Assembly (NCBI GenBank): GCA_030652215.1 | Contig: JAUSBC010000014.1 | Coordinates: 754-64,753 of the forward strand | From: Sideroxyarcus sp. | Lineage (GTDB): Bacteria > Pseudomonadota > Gammaproteobacteria > Burkholderiales > Gallionellaceae | Length of the DNA: 64,000 bases | Direction of reading: 5' to 3' | In this document: piece by piece, positions 12,058 to 24,224 of the stretch | Position numbering within the stretch: position 1 is the stretch's first letter | How the letters are laid out: every line of letters starts with the position of its first letter | Position numbers and translations under genes: made by a program | The notes under the pieces: model-generated | What the model saw: only the letters and a program-made list of their open reading frames with translations | Told to the model about the DNA's origin: nothing | Databases searched by the model: none

Positions 12058-13362
12058 TCAGTTACTCCCCATCAATTCGGTCAGTGTGACTGACTGGTCG
12101 CTGACCTTGGCACCGGCCATCACCCAAGCAACCACGTTGTCTTCCAGCACCAGATTCTCGACCTCGCGCAAACGAGCGGGATCGGCGCTGTACCAGCGCA
12201 CGACTTCTTCCGGATGCTCGTAGCTTTGAGCCTGATCCTGCACCAGTGCCTTTACCTGTTCCGGCTTGGCCTGCAGATCGTGCTTTTTCACCAGTTCCGC
12301 CAGAATCAGACCCAGCTTGACGCGTTTGGTTGCGCGTTCGGCGAACATGTCCGCCGGCAACTGCATGCCCTTGGGAATCTTCATGCCTCGGCCTTCCATA
12401 TCGCGCAGGGTCTGCTGCATCAGGTTTTGCGACTCGCTCTCCAGCAGCGCCTTGGGCACTTCCAGTTGGGCGAGCTTGAGCAGCACTTCCATCGCATTGT
12501 CCTTGTTGCGCGCCTTCACGCGACGCGCAGCTTCACGCCCGATGTTGTCGCGAATCTCGGATTTGAGCTTGGCAACGTCGCCTTCCGGCATGCCCAGCGC
12601 CTTCGCGAACTCGCCGTCCACTTCGGGCAAATGGGCTTCTTCAACGGCATGTACGGTGATAGTGAAAGTAACCTGTTTGCCCGCCACGTCCTTGCCGTGG
12701 TAATCCGCGGGAAAGGTCATGTCGAAAGACTTGGTTTCGCCCGCCTTCATGCCGACGATGGCCGTTTCAAAATCCGGCAGCATGCGCCCTGTACCCAGCA
12801 CCACGGCGAAATCCTTGGCTTCGCCGCCTTCGAACACAACGCCGTTCAGCTTGCCGGAAAAGTCGATGCGAACCTGGTCGTCGTTCTTCGCGGCCCGGTC
12901 GGCCTTCTTGAACACGGCGCGCTGTTTGCGCAAGGTGTTGATCGTCTCTTCGACATCGGTTTCGCTCAATGTGAACGAAACGCGGTTGACGCTTTCGCCG
13001 GCGATGGAGCCGAGCTGGACTTCAGGGTAAACCTCGAAAGTGGCGCTGTATTCGATCTGCGGCGCGTTCAGGTCCGTGGTCTTGATCTCGAACTGGGGAT
13101 AACCCGCCACTTGCAGCTTGTTGGTAACGGCGGCTTCGGCAAAAGAACGCTGCAGGGTCTCACCCAGCACTTCCTGCTGTACCGATTGGCCGTATTGTTG
13201 TTCCAATACCTTGTACGGGACTTTGCCCGGGCGGAAGCCGTGCACTTTGGCCGTACGGCCGATGTGCTTCAATCGCGCTTCCATTTCGCCGCGCAATTGC
13301 TGTTGGGGGATGGATGCGCTCAAACGGCGTTGCAATCCACTCAGGGTCTCTACATTTGACAT
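12058..13362 (-). CDS. tig: Trigger factor
   Basis: GFRPGKVP ribosome-binding motif, FKBP domain; upstream of clpP. Confidence 0.97.
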   Translation of the reverse strand: MSNVETLSGLQRRLSASIPQQQLRGEMEARLKHIGRTAKVHGFRPGKVPYKVLEQQYGQSVQQEVLGETLQRSFAEAAVTNKLQVAGYPQFEIKTTDLNAPQIEYSATFEVYPEVQLGSIAGESVNRVSFTLSETDVEETINTLRKQRAVFKKADRAAKNDDQVRIDFSGKLNGVVFEGGEAKDFAVVLGTGRMLPDFETAIVGMKAGETKSFDMTFPADYHGKDVAGKQVTFTITVHAVEEAHLPEVDGEFAKALGMPEGDVAKLKSEIRDNIGREAARRVKARNKDNAMEVLLKLAQLEVPKALLESESQNLMQQTLRDMEGRGMKIPKGMQLPADMFAERATKRVKLGLILAELVKKHDLQAKPEQVKALVQDQAQSYEHPEEVVRWYSADPARLREVENLVLEDNVVAWVMAGAKVSDQSVTLTELMGSN

Positions 13363-13459
13363 ACTGACACTTCCTTTGAGTTTAGGCTGGCTTCACAAAA
13401 CGAATAATACGGACGGAATGATACATGAAACGGGGCGGGAAGGCCCGCCCGTCGTCCCC

Positions 13460-15964
13460 TCAACCTTGGTGCGCGGGCACCTGCGGCAGGTGCCAGATGT
13501 CGCGGTTATAGTCCATTATGGTGCGGTCGCTGGAGAACTTGCCGCTGGCGGCGGTGTTGAGAATGCTCATGCGCGTCCAGCGATCCGTGTCGCGATAGGC
13601 AGCCGCTACTTTTCGCTGTGCATTCACAAAACTGCGGAAATCAGCAGCCGTCAACCATGGATCGTGCGGGTTCAGGATGGACTGCACGATAGGCGCAAAC
13701 AGCCCCGGCTCAAACAGGCTGAAATGCCCGCTTTCCAGCAGGTTTATCACTCGCGCCAGATCGGCATCTGCAACCATAATGGCAGCAGGGTCATAATTTC
13801 CGCGCACCGCTTCCACCTCGTCGGCGGCCAAACCGAACAGGAAGAAGTTCTCCGCCCCCGCCTCTTCGCGTATCTCGATATTGGCCCCGTCCAGCGTGCC
13901 GATGGTGATTGCCCCGTTCATCATGAACTTCATGTTGCCGGTACCCGAAGCCTCCTTGCCCGCCGTGGATATCTGCTCGGACAAGTCTGCCGCCGGACAA
14001 ACCACTTCCATCGCCGAAACGCGGAAATCGGGCAGGAAAGCAAGCCGCAACAGACCTTTGGTGGCGGGATCGTGATTGACGACATCGGCCACTGCCGTAG
14101 CCAGACGGATGATGCGTTTCGCCATGACATAGCCGGGAGCTGCCTTGCCGCCAATCAGCACGCAACGCGGCGTCCAGTCGGCGATATCGCCGCGCTTGAT
14201 GCGGTCGTACAAATGAATGACATGCAGGATATTGAGCAGTTGGCGCTTGTATTCGTGGATACGCTTTACCTGCACGTCGAACAAGGCGGAAGGATCGAAT
14301 TCCACCGCGCAGTCGCTGGCCACCAGTTCCGCCAGTCGCTGCTTGTTGGCCTGTTTGACCTGGTGCCATTCGGCGCAAAAACCCTTGTCTGCGGCGAATT
14401 CCCGCAATGCCGACAGCCGGGACAGGTCCGTGCGCCACGCTGTGCCGATGCTCCGGTCGATCAAATCGCTCAACAGGGGGTTGCTCGATACCATCCAGCG
14501 GCGCGGCGTCACGCCATTGGTCTTGTTGTTGAATTTGTTCGGCCACAGTTCGAAAAAATCGCGGAACAGGTTTTGCTGCAACAGATGCGAATGCAGTGCC
14601 GCCACGCCGTTGACCGAATTGCACGCCACCACCGCCAAATAGGCCATGCGAATCTGCGGCGCGTCCCCTTCCTCGATGATGGACATGCGGCGCAGGCGCT
14701 CGGCGTCTCCGGGCCAGCACAGCGACACCTCTTCGGTGAAGCGCGCGTTGATTTCGAAAATGATGTCGCGCAAGCGCGGCAACAGCCGCCCGAACATTCC
14801 CACCGGCCAGCGCTCCAGCGCTTCCGGCAGCAAGGTGTGGTTGGTGTAAGCCATGGTGTTGGTGGTGATATCCCAGGCCTCGTCCCAGCCCAGCTCATGC
14901 TCGTCCATGAGCAGCCGCATCAGTTCCGGCACGGCACAGGTCGGGTGCGTATCGTTCAACTGGAAGCAATTCTTTTGGGCAAACCGCGTGAAATCGGAAC
15001 CATGCTTGGCCACCCAGCGGCGCAATACGTCCTGCAGGCTGGCGGAGGCCAGAAAGTACTGCTGCCGCAGACGCAACTCCTTGCCGTTCTCGCTGGCATC
15101 ATTGGGATACAACACCATGGTGATGTGTTCCGCCGCATTTTTCGATGCAACCGCCTCGGTGTAGCTGCCGGCATTGAATTCGTCCAGATTGAACTCTTCG
15201 GTCGCTGCAGCCTTCCACAGGCGCAGGGTATTCACCGTACCGTTACGGTAACCGGGTATGGGCATGTCGTAGGGCACGGCCAGCACATCCTGCGTGTCCG
15301 CCCAACGCAGACACATGTTGCCTTGCGCGTCGGTATAAAACTCGCTACGCCCGCAAAACTTGATCCTCACGACAAACTCGGGACGTTCAATCTCCCACGG
15401 ATTGCCGTTGCGCAGCCAGTGATCCGGCTCTTCCAACTGGCGGCCATGCTCTATCCGCTGGCGGAACATGCCGTATTCGTAACGGATGCCGTAACCCGTG
15501 ACCGGCAGTTGCAGCGTCGCGCAACTGTCGAGGAAGCACGCCGCCAGACGGCCCAGGCCGCCGTTGCCCAGACCCGCATCGCTCTCCAGTTCCTGCACCT
15601 CCTCCAATTCCAGTCCCAGCGCACGCATCGCCTTGACGCTCTCCCCCTGCAAATCCAGATTCAGCAGGGAGTTGCCCAAGGCGCGCCCCATCAGAAATTC
15701 CAGAGACAGGTAATACGCCTGTTTGCAGTCGGTTTCGTCGTAGGCACGCTGGGTTCGGCGCCAGCGCTCAACCAGACGATCGCGTAACACGAGCGCATAG
15801 GAAGAATAAACATGGTGCGACGACACGCTCACCCGGTCCCAACCGAGCGTGTGATTGAAGTAGCGGCAGAAATCCTCTTCCAAGCCGGTCACATTCATGC
15901 CCAGCGGCGGCATTTTCAGCGTGCTAGGGTGTTTGGGGAGAAACAGTTTCTTGTCGGTATTCAT
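13460..15964 (-). CDS. glgP: Glycogen/starch phosphorylase
   Basis: YLSLEFLMGR, GNGGLGRLAAC, EASGTGNMKF (PLP lysine); start at MNTDKK. Confidence 0.96.
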   Translation of the reverse strand: MNTDKKLFLPKHPSTLKMPPLGMNVTGLEEDFCRYFNHTLGWDRVSVSSHHVYSSYALVLRDRLVERWRRTQRAYDETDCKQAYYLSLEFLMGRALGNSLLNLDLQGESVKAMRALGLELEEVQELESDAGLGNGGLGRLAACFLDSCATLQLPVTGYGIRYEYGMFRQRIEHGRQLEEPDHWLRNGNPWEIERPEFVVRIKFCGRSEFYTDAQGNMCLRWADTQDVLAVPYDMPIPGYRNGTVNTLRLWKAAATEEFNLDEFNAGSYTEAVASKNAAEHITMVLYPNDASENGKELRLRQQYFLASASLQDVLRRWVAKHGSDFTRFAQKNCFQLNDTHPTCAVPELMRLLMDEHELGWDEAWDITTNTMAYTNHTLLPEALERWPVGMFGRLLPRLRDIIFEINARFTEEVSLCWPGDAERLRRMSIIEEGDAPQIRMAYLAVVACNSVNGVAALHSHLLQQNLFRDFFELWPNKFNNKTNGVTPRRWMVSSNPLLSDLIDRSIGTAWRTDLSRLSALREFAADKGFCAEWHQVKQANKQRLAELVASDCAVEFDPSALFDVQVKRIHEYKRQLLNILHVIHLYDRIKRGDIADWTPRCVLIGGKAAPGYVMAKRIIRLATAVADVVNHDPATKGLLRLAFLPDFRVSAMEVVCPAADLSEQISTAGKEASGTGNMKFMMNGAITIGTLDGANIEIREEAGAENFFLFGLAADEVEAVRGNYDPAAIMVADADLARVINLLESGHFSLFEPGLFAPIVQSILNPHDPWLTAADFRSFVNAQRKVAAAYRDTDRWTRMSILNTAASGKFSSDRTIMDYNRDIWHLPQVPAHQG

Positions 15965-15989
15965 ATGTACTCCCAAATTGTGGTTTGTT

Positions 15990-18008
15990 CTACTTCGCCC
16001 GCACAACGTCGATGCAGAACTCCAGCTTGTCCGACTTTCCGGTCGGCGCGTATTCGAAAGTAAGTACCACGGCCTGCATGATCTTCTCGAAACCCGCTTC
16101 GGATTGCGACACACTGAAGCATGGCAGCGAATGCAGCGACACCGGCGGGCTCGCCGATACATCGAGTTTGCCGCCCAGCACTGCATCCTCCAGAGTAACG
16201 CGCTGGAGCGCAGGAACTTTCAGCAGCTGTCCGAAACCGCCCATGATCGCGTCGCCCACGCGAAAACGCCCGGCAGGACCGTCGCAACTCGGCATGGCCA
16301 GATTCACGGTCACCCGGAACACGCCGGCGCCGACCCCGTCGAAATGATAGGCAACAAGCAAACGCGTTCCGTCGAGTGTCACCGATTTGCGCAATATGCC
16401 CTTGCCCACGGAGGCCTCAAAAGTTGCACCGTGCGTGGTATCGGCCTTGGCAGCCAACGCGTAACCGGGTTTGATCTCGGTCTCGCCGGTCAGCCAGGTA
16501 TCCAGGAACATCAGCTTCTGCTGCGGGTCGATCAGCATGTCATTCGCCGAAATTTCGTGCTTCAAGCCGACGCGATCATGCGGGTTGGAGATGCCCTCGC
16601 CGGCTTGCTGCGCGCTCGGCTGTGCATGCACCTTGCGATGATAGTGTTCATGCGGCATGGACAGCGTGTCGGCGAAATTGTGGTTCAGGTGATAGGCGTC
16701 GAATTCGCAAATGCCGGCGTGGCCGTCCTGCCGCAACACCGCCTGCAGCACACCGTTCTGCAGGAACACCTCCTCGTCGCCGTCCAGGTCGATATCCGCC
16801 GCCAGCCTGGGCTGGCGCGGCGCGACCGCATCCAGCAATCCTTCCAGCTTGACGATCGCGTTGTAAATGGCGCGGCGCAGATGCGGCAGGTACAAGCCGC
16901 CGAACAGTCCGTGCCAATAGGCATCGTTGGCCTGCGCCTCGTACAGTGCGTTCAACATCTCTGCCGTCTGTTTTTTCTGCGGCAAGGCATGCAGGCGCTG
17001 CGACAGGCCCAGCATGCGCTTGTGCATCCAGTTCGCTTCCGGGTAGCGCATCATGAAATTCTTCCAGATGCCGCCGCGCAGGAAGGGCTTGTTGCGTTCG
17101 AACTCCCCGGATGTTTTCGACGCCTGCACCAGATCGGCATAGTGATGCGCAGCCGGCACCGGCAGCGTCCACTCGTTCATCTCGATAGAGGATGTCGTCG
17201 GCAGGTACACCACGCCGCGCGGCTTGGCGCGCGCCTGGTAGTCGCACTAGCGCTCCGTCTTGATAATGCTTGAAGCCAGCACCCCTTCGATGAACTGGGT
17301 GAGCCAGCCTTTTTCGTAGACCCACTCGTATGTTTCCGGCCAGATGCCGAACTTCTCGATGTCGTCGAAATAGATTGCCGCCGGCGCCCCGCCCTCTTTC
17401 GCCAGGCTCTCCAGATAACTCACCGCCTCCTGTGCGGGCGAGAACGGCAGCCGGTAACGCAGGGCTTCCGAAATGGGGAACAGATCGAGCTGGCGCCCGT
17501 TCTCTTCGGTGGTGTAATAACCGTCCAGATCGCCCGCATTCTTGCCCGCGCACAGGAAGTGATAATCGTCCACGGTGGAATAGCGTATGCCGGAATCGGC
17601 CAGGGACGGCACCACGGTCGCCTCCCACACGCGCTCGGTCAGCCACGCACCCTGCGGCCGCTGCCCCAGGGTTTTTTCCAGCATGTCGGACATGCGCTGC
17701 AACTGCCCCAGGCGATCCGCTTCCGGAATCACCGCCAGTACCGGCTCGGTATAACCCGCGCCGACCAGTTCCGCCTGACCGCGCTCAACCATCACCCTCA
17801 GCAAAGCCATGTCGTTCGGGTAACGCTCCAGCATGTAGTCCAACAGCCAGCCGCTGATATGAATGGCGAACTTGAACGCGGGATAGCGGTGCAACACGCG
17901 CAGGAACGGCCCGTAGCAGCGCTCATGCGCATCGTCCAGCACATGGGTAAAATTTCCCACCGGCTGGTGGGCGTGTACTCCGAGCAACAACGAAATCGTC
18001 TTGGCCAT
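15990..18008 (-). pseudogene. GH57 alpha-amylase/4-alpha-glucanotransferase interrupted by one in-frame TAG (17247-17249)
   Basis: ORFs 17247..18008 (HAHQP, WLTERVW, DDIEKFG) and 15990..17213 (NDAYWHGLFGGLYLPHLR) share a frame, separated only by TAG: IKTER*CDYQARAKPRGVVYLP; may be a sequencing error. Confidence 0.8.
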
Positions 18009-18026
18009 GCATTACTCCATCAAAAT

Positions 18027-19775
18027 TCAAGCACCGTCGGAACGACGCATGGTTCCGCCCATCGCAGGGGCGCCGCTGCCGACGCTAAGAACGTTTTGCA
18101 GTTCTGCCGGCGGCTCCAGTTTGAGCAATCTGTAAAGGTTGGACAGGTTGCGCCGGAACAAACTGTCGAACGACGCCACGCTCAGCGCCGAGTTGTAGTC
18201 GCCGAACCACCAGAACCAGTCCGAGCCTTCGCAATCGGCAAGTTGCACGGTAGCCTGGTGTATTTCTTCCTCGCTCAGGTTGCCGCTCGCCACGACGCGG
18301 TCATAGCTGCTTTTTGCATCGCACAACAAATCCCAACCCCGGTTCTTTTCCGGCGAACCTATCCATGTGCTGAACGTGCCATAGACCCAGCTGCCCGCCA
18401 CCAGCTGCTGCAACTTGCTCGCCGTCACGCGCGATTCGGGATCGCTCAGGCTCTGCACACATTCGTGGAACGTGGTGGTCCGGATTTGCGGATGGGCTTC
18501 CAGCTTCGCATACAGTTCGGACAGGAAGTAGTAGGCATTGTAGGGATAGTATTCCCAGGCATTCTCGCCATCCAGGATTACCGTGACCACCGGATCGTCC
18601 TCGCCAGGCGAGTGATGCAAAATCTCTTCCAGATGATGGACGAAGTCGGCCGCAGCGTCGTCGCCCTTCCACTTGGCATATTCGAAACCGACCTTGTCGG
18701 ACAAACGGTCGTCGCGGAAGAAACAGTAGATGGGCTTGCCGCCGGTTTCAACCAGATAGGGCTTGTACAGGTAGCCCGAGCTGCCCGGCAGGGGATAGTC
18801 ATTCATTTCGCGCAGCAGGCTATTGGCCAGCACCGCCTGCCCGGTTGCCGTCCATTCGCAGCCGTGTTCCGCCAGCAGCTTCAGTGTGGCACGCGACACG
18901 CCGCCTTCCGACGGCCACATGCCGTGCGGCGCGGCTCCAAAGTTCTGACTGTGGCTCTCGACGGCGTTGGACAAATGGGCATGTACCCGCGACAGTCCGC
19001 CCGGATATTGCGCAGTTTGCGGCAAGTGCGCGTTCGGCTCGCTCTCGCGCGCTGCGCCAAAATCCAGCAACAGCGGAACGATGGGATGGTTGTACGGCGT
19101 GGTGGAAATTTCGATCTGTCCGCGTTCGGCCAGCTTGCGGTAACGCGGCACGATGCCCGCAATGGTGGTACCGATCAGGTCGAACAGCGCCCTGCGTTCT
19201 TCATAGCTAAACTGGCTGCCCTTGGTCATCAGCCGCGCCACCAGCTCGCTGCTGCGTCGCATGCTCTCGCCCATCCACACCAGGTGGTACCACACGAGCA
19301 AGTCGGCCAGATACTGTCCCGAGAGATAGGTCACGTTCTCGCGACCGTGCCCGTCCATCATCGCCTGCAGGTCGAACAAGTGCTGGTAAGCCCGGTAAGG
19401 CTTGAGCATCTTGGTGTGGTTGCTCTTGAAACAACTGTTCAGGATATGCTGGCGCGCGTCGTCCCCCAGCTCGTCCAGCAACTCGTAGCGCAGCATCCTG
19501 AGCAACGAGTCGCGGATATCGCCGCTCTTGAACTGCTGCTCGTAATCCTGCAGTTGCTCGATCAGGATGGGCACGAAGTTCACCACCGCCTTGGCTTGCG
19601 GATGCTGTTCCAGATGAAACACCATGTCGGTGTAATCCTTCATGGCGTGCAAATACGTCCACGGCAGCACATATCTGCCGTGCAGATATTCGCGATAGTC
19701 AGGCTGATGCATGTGCCAGCACAGAATAAGCTGGAGCTTCTTGCCTGCGTTCCGGGGTGGGATGCTATGTGGCAT
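18027..19775 (-). CDS. GH57 glycoside hydrolase (amylopullulanase-like)
   Basis: WHMHQP, HPIVPLL, GMWPSEG, ILDGENAWE, EGSDWFWW GH57 conserved regions. Confidence 0.9.
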   Translation of the reverse strand: MPHSIPPRNAGKKLQLILCWHMHQPDYREYLHGRYVLPWTYLHAMKDYTDMVFHLEQHPQAKAVVNFVPILIEQLQDYEQQFKSGDIRDSLLRMLRYELLDELGDDARQHILNSCFKSNHTKMLKPYRAYQHLFDLQAMMDGHGRENVTYLSGQYLADLLVWYHLVWMGESMRRSSELVARLMTKGSQFSYEERRALFDLIGTTIAGIVPRYRKLAERGQIEISTTPYNHPIVPLLLDFGAARESEPNAHLPQTAQYPGGLSRVHAHLSNAVESHSQNFGAAPHGMWPSEGGVSRATLKLLAEHGCEWTATGQAVLANSLLREMNDYPLPGSSGYLYKPYLVETGGKPIYCFFRDDRLSDKVGFEYAKWKGDDAAADFVHHLEEILHHSPGEDDPVVTVILDGENAWEYYPYNAYYFLSELYAKLEAHPQIRTTTFHECVQSLSDPESRVTASKLQQLVAGSWVYGTFSTWIGSPEKNRGWDLLCDAKSSYDRVVASGNLSEEEIHQATVQLADCEGSDWFWWFGDYNSALSVASFDSLFRRNLSNLYRLLKLEPPAELQNVLSVGSGAPAMGGTMRRSDGA

Positions 19776-19808
19776 GGCGCCTTCCAGTAACTGATCCGGT
19801 AAGAATTC

Positions 19809-21092
19809 TCATCGTATATGGTGTATCGACTGGCCCAGCATGTCCGGCGTCACCAGCGTGACTCCGCCGGGCGACACGTGGAAGCGGTGCGCGTCTTCCT
19901 CATGGTCGAATCCGATCTGCATCCCGTCGGGTATCGCGCAATTGTTGTCGAGCACCACGCGGTTCAGCTTCACGTTCTCGCCGATACGCGCGCCGGACAG
20001 GATCACCGAATCGGTAATCTCGCTGCGCGCGCCCACCCGGATGTCCGAAAACAACAGGGAATGCTGCACCCTGGCGCCGCTGATGATGCAGCCGCCGGAA
20101 ACCATGGAGTCGATGGCCACGCCGCGCCTGTCCTCGTCGTTGAACACGAACTTGGCCGGCGGCAACTGTTCCTGATAGGTCCAGATCGGCCAGCTCTTGT
20201 CGTACAGGTCGAGGGCGGGCGTCACGCTGACCATTTCCATGTTGGCATCCCAATAGGCGTCAATGGTTCCCACGTCGCGCCAGTAGGGATCAACACCCTC
20301 CGTCGCCCCCACGCAACTGCTCTCGAAACGGTGCGCATACACGCGGTAGCGGTCGATCAAATAGGGAATCAGGTCATGGCCGAAGTCGTGCGAAGACTTC
20401 TTGGTGTCGGCATCGCGGATCAACTGCTCGTACAGGAATTTGGCGTTGAACACGTAGATGCCCATGCTGGCCAGAATGCGTCCGGGCTTGCCCGGGATCT
20501 CGTCCGGCACTGCGGGCTTTTCGCTGAACTTGATGATGCGGTCTTTTTCGTCCACGGACATCACGCCGAACGAGGTGGATTCCGACGCTGGCATTTCGAC
20601 GCAGCCCACCGTCATGTCGGCATCGCTGCTCACGTGATAGGCCAGCATCTCGCCGTAGTCCATCTTGTAAACGTGGTCGCCCGCCAGAATCACAATGTAC
20701 TCGGGGTTGTAGCCGCGCAGGATATCGATGTTCTGGAACACCGCGTCCGCCGTGCCCCGGTACCACTCTTCCTGTATGCGCTGTTGCGCCGGTAACAAGG
20801 CCAGAAACTCGTTGAACTCGCCGCGCAGGAAACCCCAGCCTTTCTGAATGTGTTCGATCAGCGTGTGCGCCTTGTACTGCGTCACCACACCGATGCGGCG
20901 TATGCCCGAATTGATGCAATTGGACAAAGGAAAATCGATGATGCGGAACTTGCCGCCGAACTGCACGGCGGGCTTGGCATTCCAGTCGGTCAGGTTGTGC
21001 AAACGGCTGCCGCGACCGCCCGCCAACACGAGCGCTACCGTGTTTTTGGTCAATGCACTGATGAATCGTGGTGAACGCATTTCTTGAACCAT
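19809..21092 (-). CDS. glgC: Glucose-1-phosphate adenylyltransferase
   Basis: [30 protein letters not shown]. Confidence 0.97.
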   Translation of the reverse strand: MVQEMRSPRFISALTKNTVALVLAGGRGSRLHNLTDWNAKPAVQFGGKFRIIDFPLSNCINSGIRRIGVVTQYKAHTLIEHIQKGWGFLRGEFNEFLALLPAQQRIQEEWYRGTADAVFQNIDILRGYNPEYIVILAGDHVYKMDYGEMLAYHVSSDADMTVGCVEMPASESTSFGVMSVDEKDRIIKFSEKPAVPDEIPGKPGRILASMGIYVFNAKFLYEQLIRDADTKKSSHDFGHDLIPYLIDRYRVYAHRFESSCVGATEGVDPYWRDVGTIDAYWDANMEMVSVTPALDLYDKSWPIWTYQEQLPPAKFVFNDEDRRGVAIDSMVSGGCIISGARVQHSLLFSDIRVGARSEITDSVILSGARIGENVKLNRVVLDNNCAIPDGMQIGFDHEEDAHRFHVSPGGVTLVTPDMLGQSIHHIR

Positions 21093-21134
21093 GATTCTTT
21101 CTCCCCTTTTTATTGAATCAAGCCGTAAATTTTT

Positions 21135-22565
21135 CTAGGAAATTGTCTGGTAAAGATTGATGTACTTCTGTGCGCTACTACTCCATCCGACATCACGGCG
21201 CATACCGTTGATCTGGATGCGCTGAAATGCTTTCTTGCCCCTGTAACAATCAATTGCCGCCGAAACGGCGCGATACAGCGCGGCCGAAGAAGGTTCGTCG
21301 AAGACGAAGCCGGTGCCGTCCGGCTGGCTCGCATCGGTGACCGAATCCGCCAGGCCGCCCGTGCGCCGCACCACCGGCGGCGTGCCGTAGCGCATGCCGT
21401 ACATCTGATTCAACCCGCACGGCTCGAAACGCGACGGCATCAGGAAAATATCAGAATACGCCATGACCTGGTGCGATAAAGCCTCGTCGAAACGCACCGT
21501 CACAGAAACGCGTCCGGGATAGCGCGACGCCAATTGCTGATAACGCCGCTGCAAATCAACCTCTCCGCTGCCCAGCACCACCAGTTGTGCCCCGCCGTCC
21601 AGTAATTTTGGCAGACATTCCAGCAACAAATCCAGCCCCTTTTGATAGGTCAGGCGGCTAACCACGCCCAATAAAGGGGCTTCCGCGTTCGCTTCCAGAC
21701 CGAGATGCTTTTGCAGCGCCAGCTTGCCCGCCAGTTTGGGCGCAAGATCGCTGCTGTCGTAGCGCGATGTCAGATGAGGATCGGTCGCCGGGTTCCATTC
21801 GTTTTCGTCGATACCGTTGAGGATGCCGCTGACATCGCCGTTGCGCGAGGTGAGCAGGCCCTGCATGCCGTGGCCCAATTCGGTGGACTGGATTTCCCGG
21901 GCGTAGGTCGGACTCACGGTCACGATACGATCCGCGTAATGCAGACCCGCTTTCAGAAACGACAGGTGTCCGTGGAACTCCACGCCGTGCATGTCGAAGC
22001 ACGATTGCGGCAGGTCGAGCGGCCCCAGCCAATCGCGGTCGAAATTCCCCTGAAAAACAATGTTGTGTATTGTCATCACCGACTTTGCGTGCACACTCTG
22101 CGTCATTTGCAGATAGGCCGGCGCAAGGCCGCTCTGCCAGTCGTTGCAGTGCACCACGTCGGCCTGCCAGGCTACAGGAGAGTCGGCACTTCCCAGCAGC
22201 GCGGCCACTTTGGACAACATGCCGAAACGCATGGCGTTGTCCGGCCAGTCGCCACCCAGTTCGTACTGATACGGCCCCGCCACGCGGCAGTAGTATTGCG
22301 GCGCATCCAGCACGTATACCGGCACCCCGCTGTCGGGCATCTTCGCGCTCAGCAGATTCACGCCCGGCTGACCCGGAAAGACCGAGAACGTGGCGACCTT
22401 GCGCTTGTTTTCGAGCTTGTCCAGCACTTGGCTATAGCCCGGTATCAGTACCCGCACATCCTGTCCCAGTGCCTGCAGCGCGACAGGCAGCGCGGCGCTG
22501 ACATCGGCCAGACCGCCGGTCTTGATCAGTGGATGAATCTCGGAAGTGGCGAACAGAATCTTCAT
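21135..22565 (-). CDS. glgA: Glycogen synthase
   Basis: [21 protein letters not shown]; start MKILF overlaps the pgi stop. Confidence 0.96.
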   Translation of the reverse strand: MKILFATSEIHPLIKTGGLADVSAALPVALQALGQDVRVLIPGYSQVLDKLENKRKVATFSVFPGQPGVNLLSAKMPDSGVPVYVLDAPQYYCRVAGPYQYELGGDWPDNAMRFGMLSKVAALLGSADSPVAWQADVVHCNDWQSGLAPAYLQMTQSVHAKSVMTIHNIVFQGNFDRDWLGPLDLPQSCFDMHGVEFHGHLSFLKAGLHYADRIVTVSPTYAREIQSTELGHGMQGLLTSRNGDVSGILNGIDENEWNPATDPHLTSRYDSSDLAPKLAGKLALQKHLGLEANAEAPLLGVVSRLTYQKGLDLLLECLPKLLDGGAQLVVLGSGEVDLQRRYQQLASRYPGRVSVTVRFDEALSHQVMAYSDIFLMPSRFEPCGLNQMYGMRYGTPPVVRRTGGLADSVTDASQPDGTGFVFDEPSSAALYRAVSAAIDCYRGKKAFQRIQINGMRRDVGWSSSAQKYINLYQTIS

Positions 22566-24208
22566 TTGAGTGCGTTGTAATGTTGAATCAAACCGTTGGT
22601 TGAAGAATCGTGCGCGACGATTTCGGCGCCGCTGCGCAACTCCGTCTGGATACGGGTGGCCAATTGCTTGCCCAGCTCCACACCCCATTGGTCGAAAGAA
22701 TTGACGTTCCACACGATGCCCTGCACGAATATCTTGTGTTCATACAGCGCGATCAGTCTGCCCAGCGTGTGCGGCGTCAATTTCTCGACCAGTATGGAAT
22801 TGGTTGGCCTGTTGCCCTCGAAAATCTTGTGCGGCAGCAGCGCCTCGACGGCTGCGGCGTCCGTACCTGCGGCCTGCAGCTCGGCGCGCGCCTCCGCCTC
22901 TGTCTTGCCGCGCATGAGCGCTTCCGTCTGTGCAAAATAATTCGACAGCAAAGTCGCGTGATGCTCGCCCGATGGATGGTGCGATCGCGCCGCCGCGATG
23001 AAGTCCGCCGGAATCGTTTGCGTCCCCTGGTGTATCAGCTGGAAAAACGCGTGCTGCCCGTTGGTGCCCGTGCCTCCCCACAGCACGGGGCCGGTCGCAT
23101 AATCCACGGCAACGCCCTCGCGATCCACGCGCTTGCCGTTGCTCTCCATGTCGGCCTGCTGGAAATACGGCGCGAAGTGTTCCAGCGCCTGGTCGTAGGG
23201 CAGCATGGCCTGCGTGGCGGCATTGTGGAAATTGTTGTACCACACGCCCAGCAGCGCCAGGATCACCGGCATGTTGCGTTCCGGCGGCGCGCTGCAAAAA
23301 TGCGTGTCCATGTCATGCGCACCGCGCAGCAATTCCTCGAAATTGTCCATGCCCACCGCCAGCGCAATCGGCAAGCCTATCGCCGACCACAGCGAATAGC
23401 GCCCGCCGACCCAGTCGGAGAATTCGAACATGTTCGCCGGGTCGATGCCGAACGCCGCCACCTCTTTGGCGTTGGTCGACAGTGCCACGAAATGTCTTGC
23501 GATATGCTTCTTGTCGCCCGCGCTGCGCAGGAACCAGTCGCGCGCCGAACGCGCATTCATCAGGGTTTCCTGCGTGGTAAAAGTCTTGGAAGCGACGACG
23601 AACAGCGTGGTTGCGGGATCGAGACCGTGCAGATTTTCCGCCAGGTCGGTACCGTCCACATTGGAAACGAAATGCACCTTCACCCTGCCGCTGTATGAAT
23701 GCAGGGCGCGGCACACCATCAACGGCCCCAGGTAGGAACCGCCGATGCCGATGTTCACCACATCGGTGATGGGTTTGCCGCCATAGCCCAGCCAAATGCC
23801 GTTGCGCACCTCATCCGAAAAGTGCCGCATCTTTTTCAGCACGCGGCGCACACCCGGCAGCACATCCTGCCCGTCGACCATCACCGGCGCATGCGCGGGG
23901 TCTATCGCGGCGCGCAGGGCGGTGTGCAGCACGGCGCGCCCCTCGGTGCAATTGATTTTCTCGCCGGAAAACATCCTGTCGCGCCAGCTTTCCACGCCGG
24001 CCTGCCGTGCCAGCGCAAACAGCAGGGACATGGTTTCGCGCGTCACCAGATTCTTGGAATAGTCCAGCAGCAGATCGTCCAGACGCAGCGAGAAATCGGC
24101 GAAGCGGCGAGCATTGGCCGCGAACAGATCGCGCATCGAAAGCTGCCGGTTCGCGGCATGGTGTGCAAGCAAGGCCTGCCATGCGGTTGATTGTGTCAGT
24201 GCAGACAT
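22562..24208 (-). CDS. pgi: Glucose-6-phosphate isomerase
   Basis: [33 protein letters not shown]. Confidence 0.97.
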   Translation of the reverse strand: MSALTQSTAWQALLAHHAANRQLSMRDLFAANARRFADFSLRLDDLLLDYSKNLVTRETMSLLFALARQAGVESWRDRMFSGEKINCTEGRAVLHTALRAAIDPAHAPVMVDGQDVLPGVRRVLKKMRHFSDEVRNGIWLGYGGKPITDVVNIGIGGSYLGPLMVCRALHSYSGRVKVHFVSNVDGTDLAENLHGLDPATTLFVVASKTFTTQETLMNARSARDWFLRSAGDKKHIARHFVALSTNAKEVAAFGIDPANMFEFSDWVGGRYSLWSAIGLPIALAVGMDNFEELLRGAHDMDTHFCSAPPERNMPVILALLGVWYNNFHNAATQAMLPYDQALEHFAPYFQQADMESNGKRVDREGVAVDYATGPVLWGGTGTNGQHAFFQLIHQGTQTIPADFIAAARSHHPSGEHHATLLSNYFAQTEALMRGKTEAEARAELQAAGTDAAAVEALLPHKIFEGNRPTNSILVEKLTPHTLGRLIALYEHKIFVQGIVWNVNSFDQWGVELGKQLATRIQTELRSGAEIVAHDSSTNGLIQHYNALK

Positions 24209-24224
24209 ACCCTCTCCCCAAACT

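Noticed and set aside
13467-13473. TGGTGCG matching the tRNA-Leu 3' end as a possible att site
   Set aside because: Only 7 bp, inside the glgP coding end, and expected by chance; no integrase nearby.
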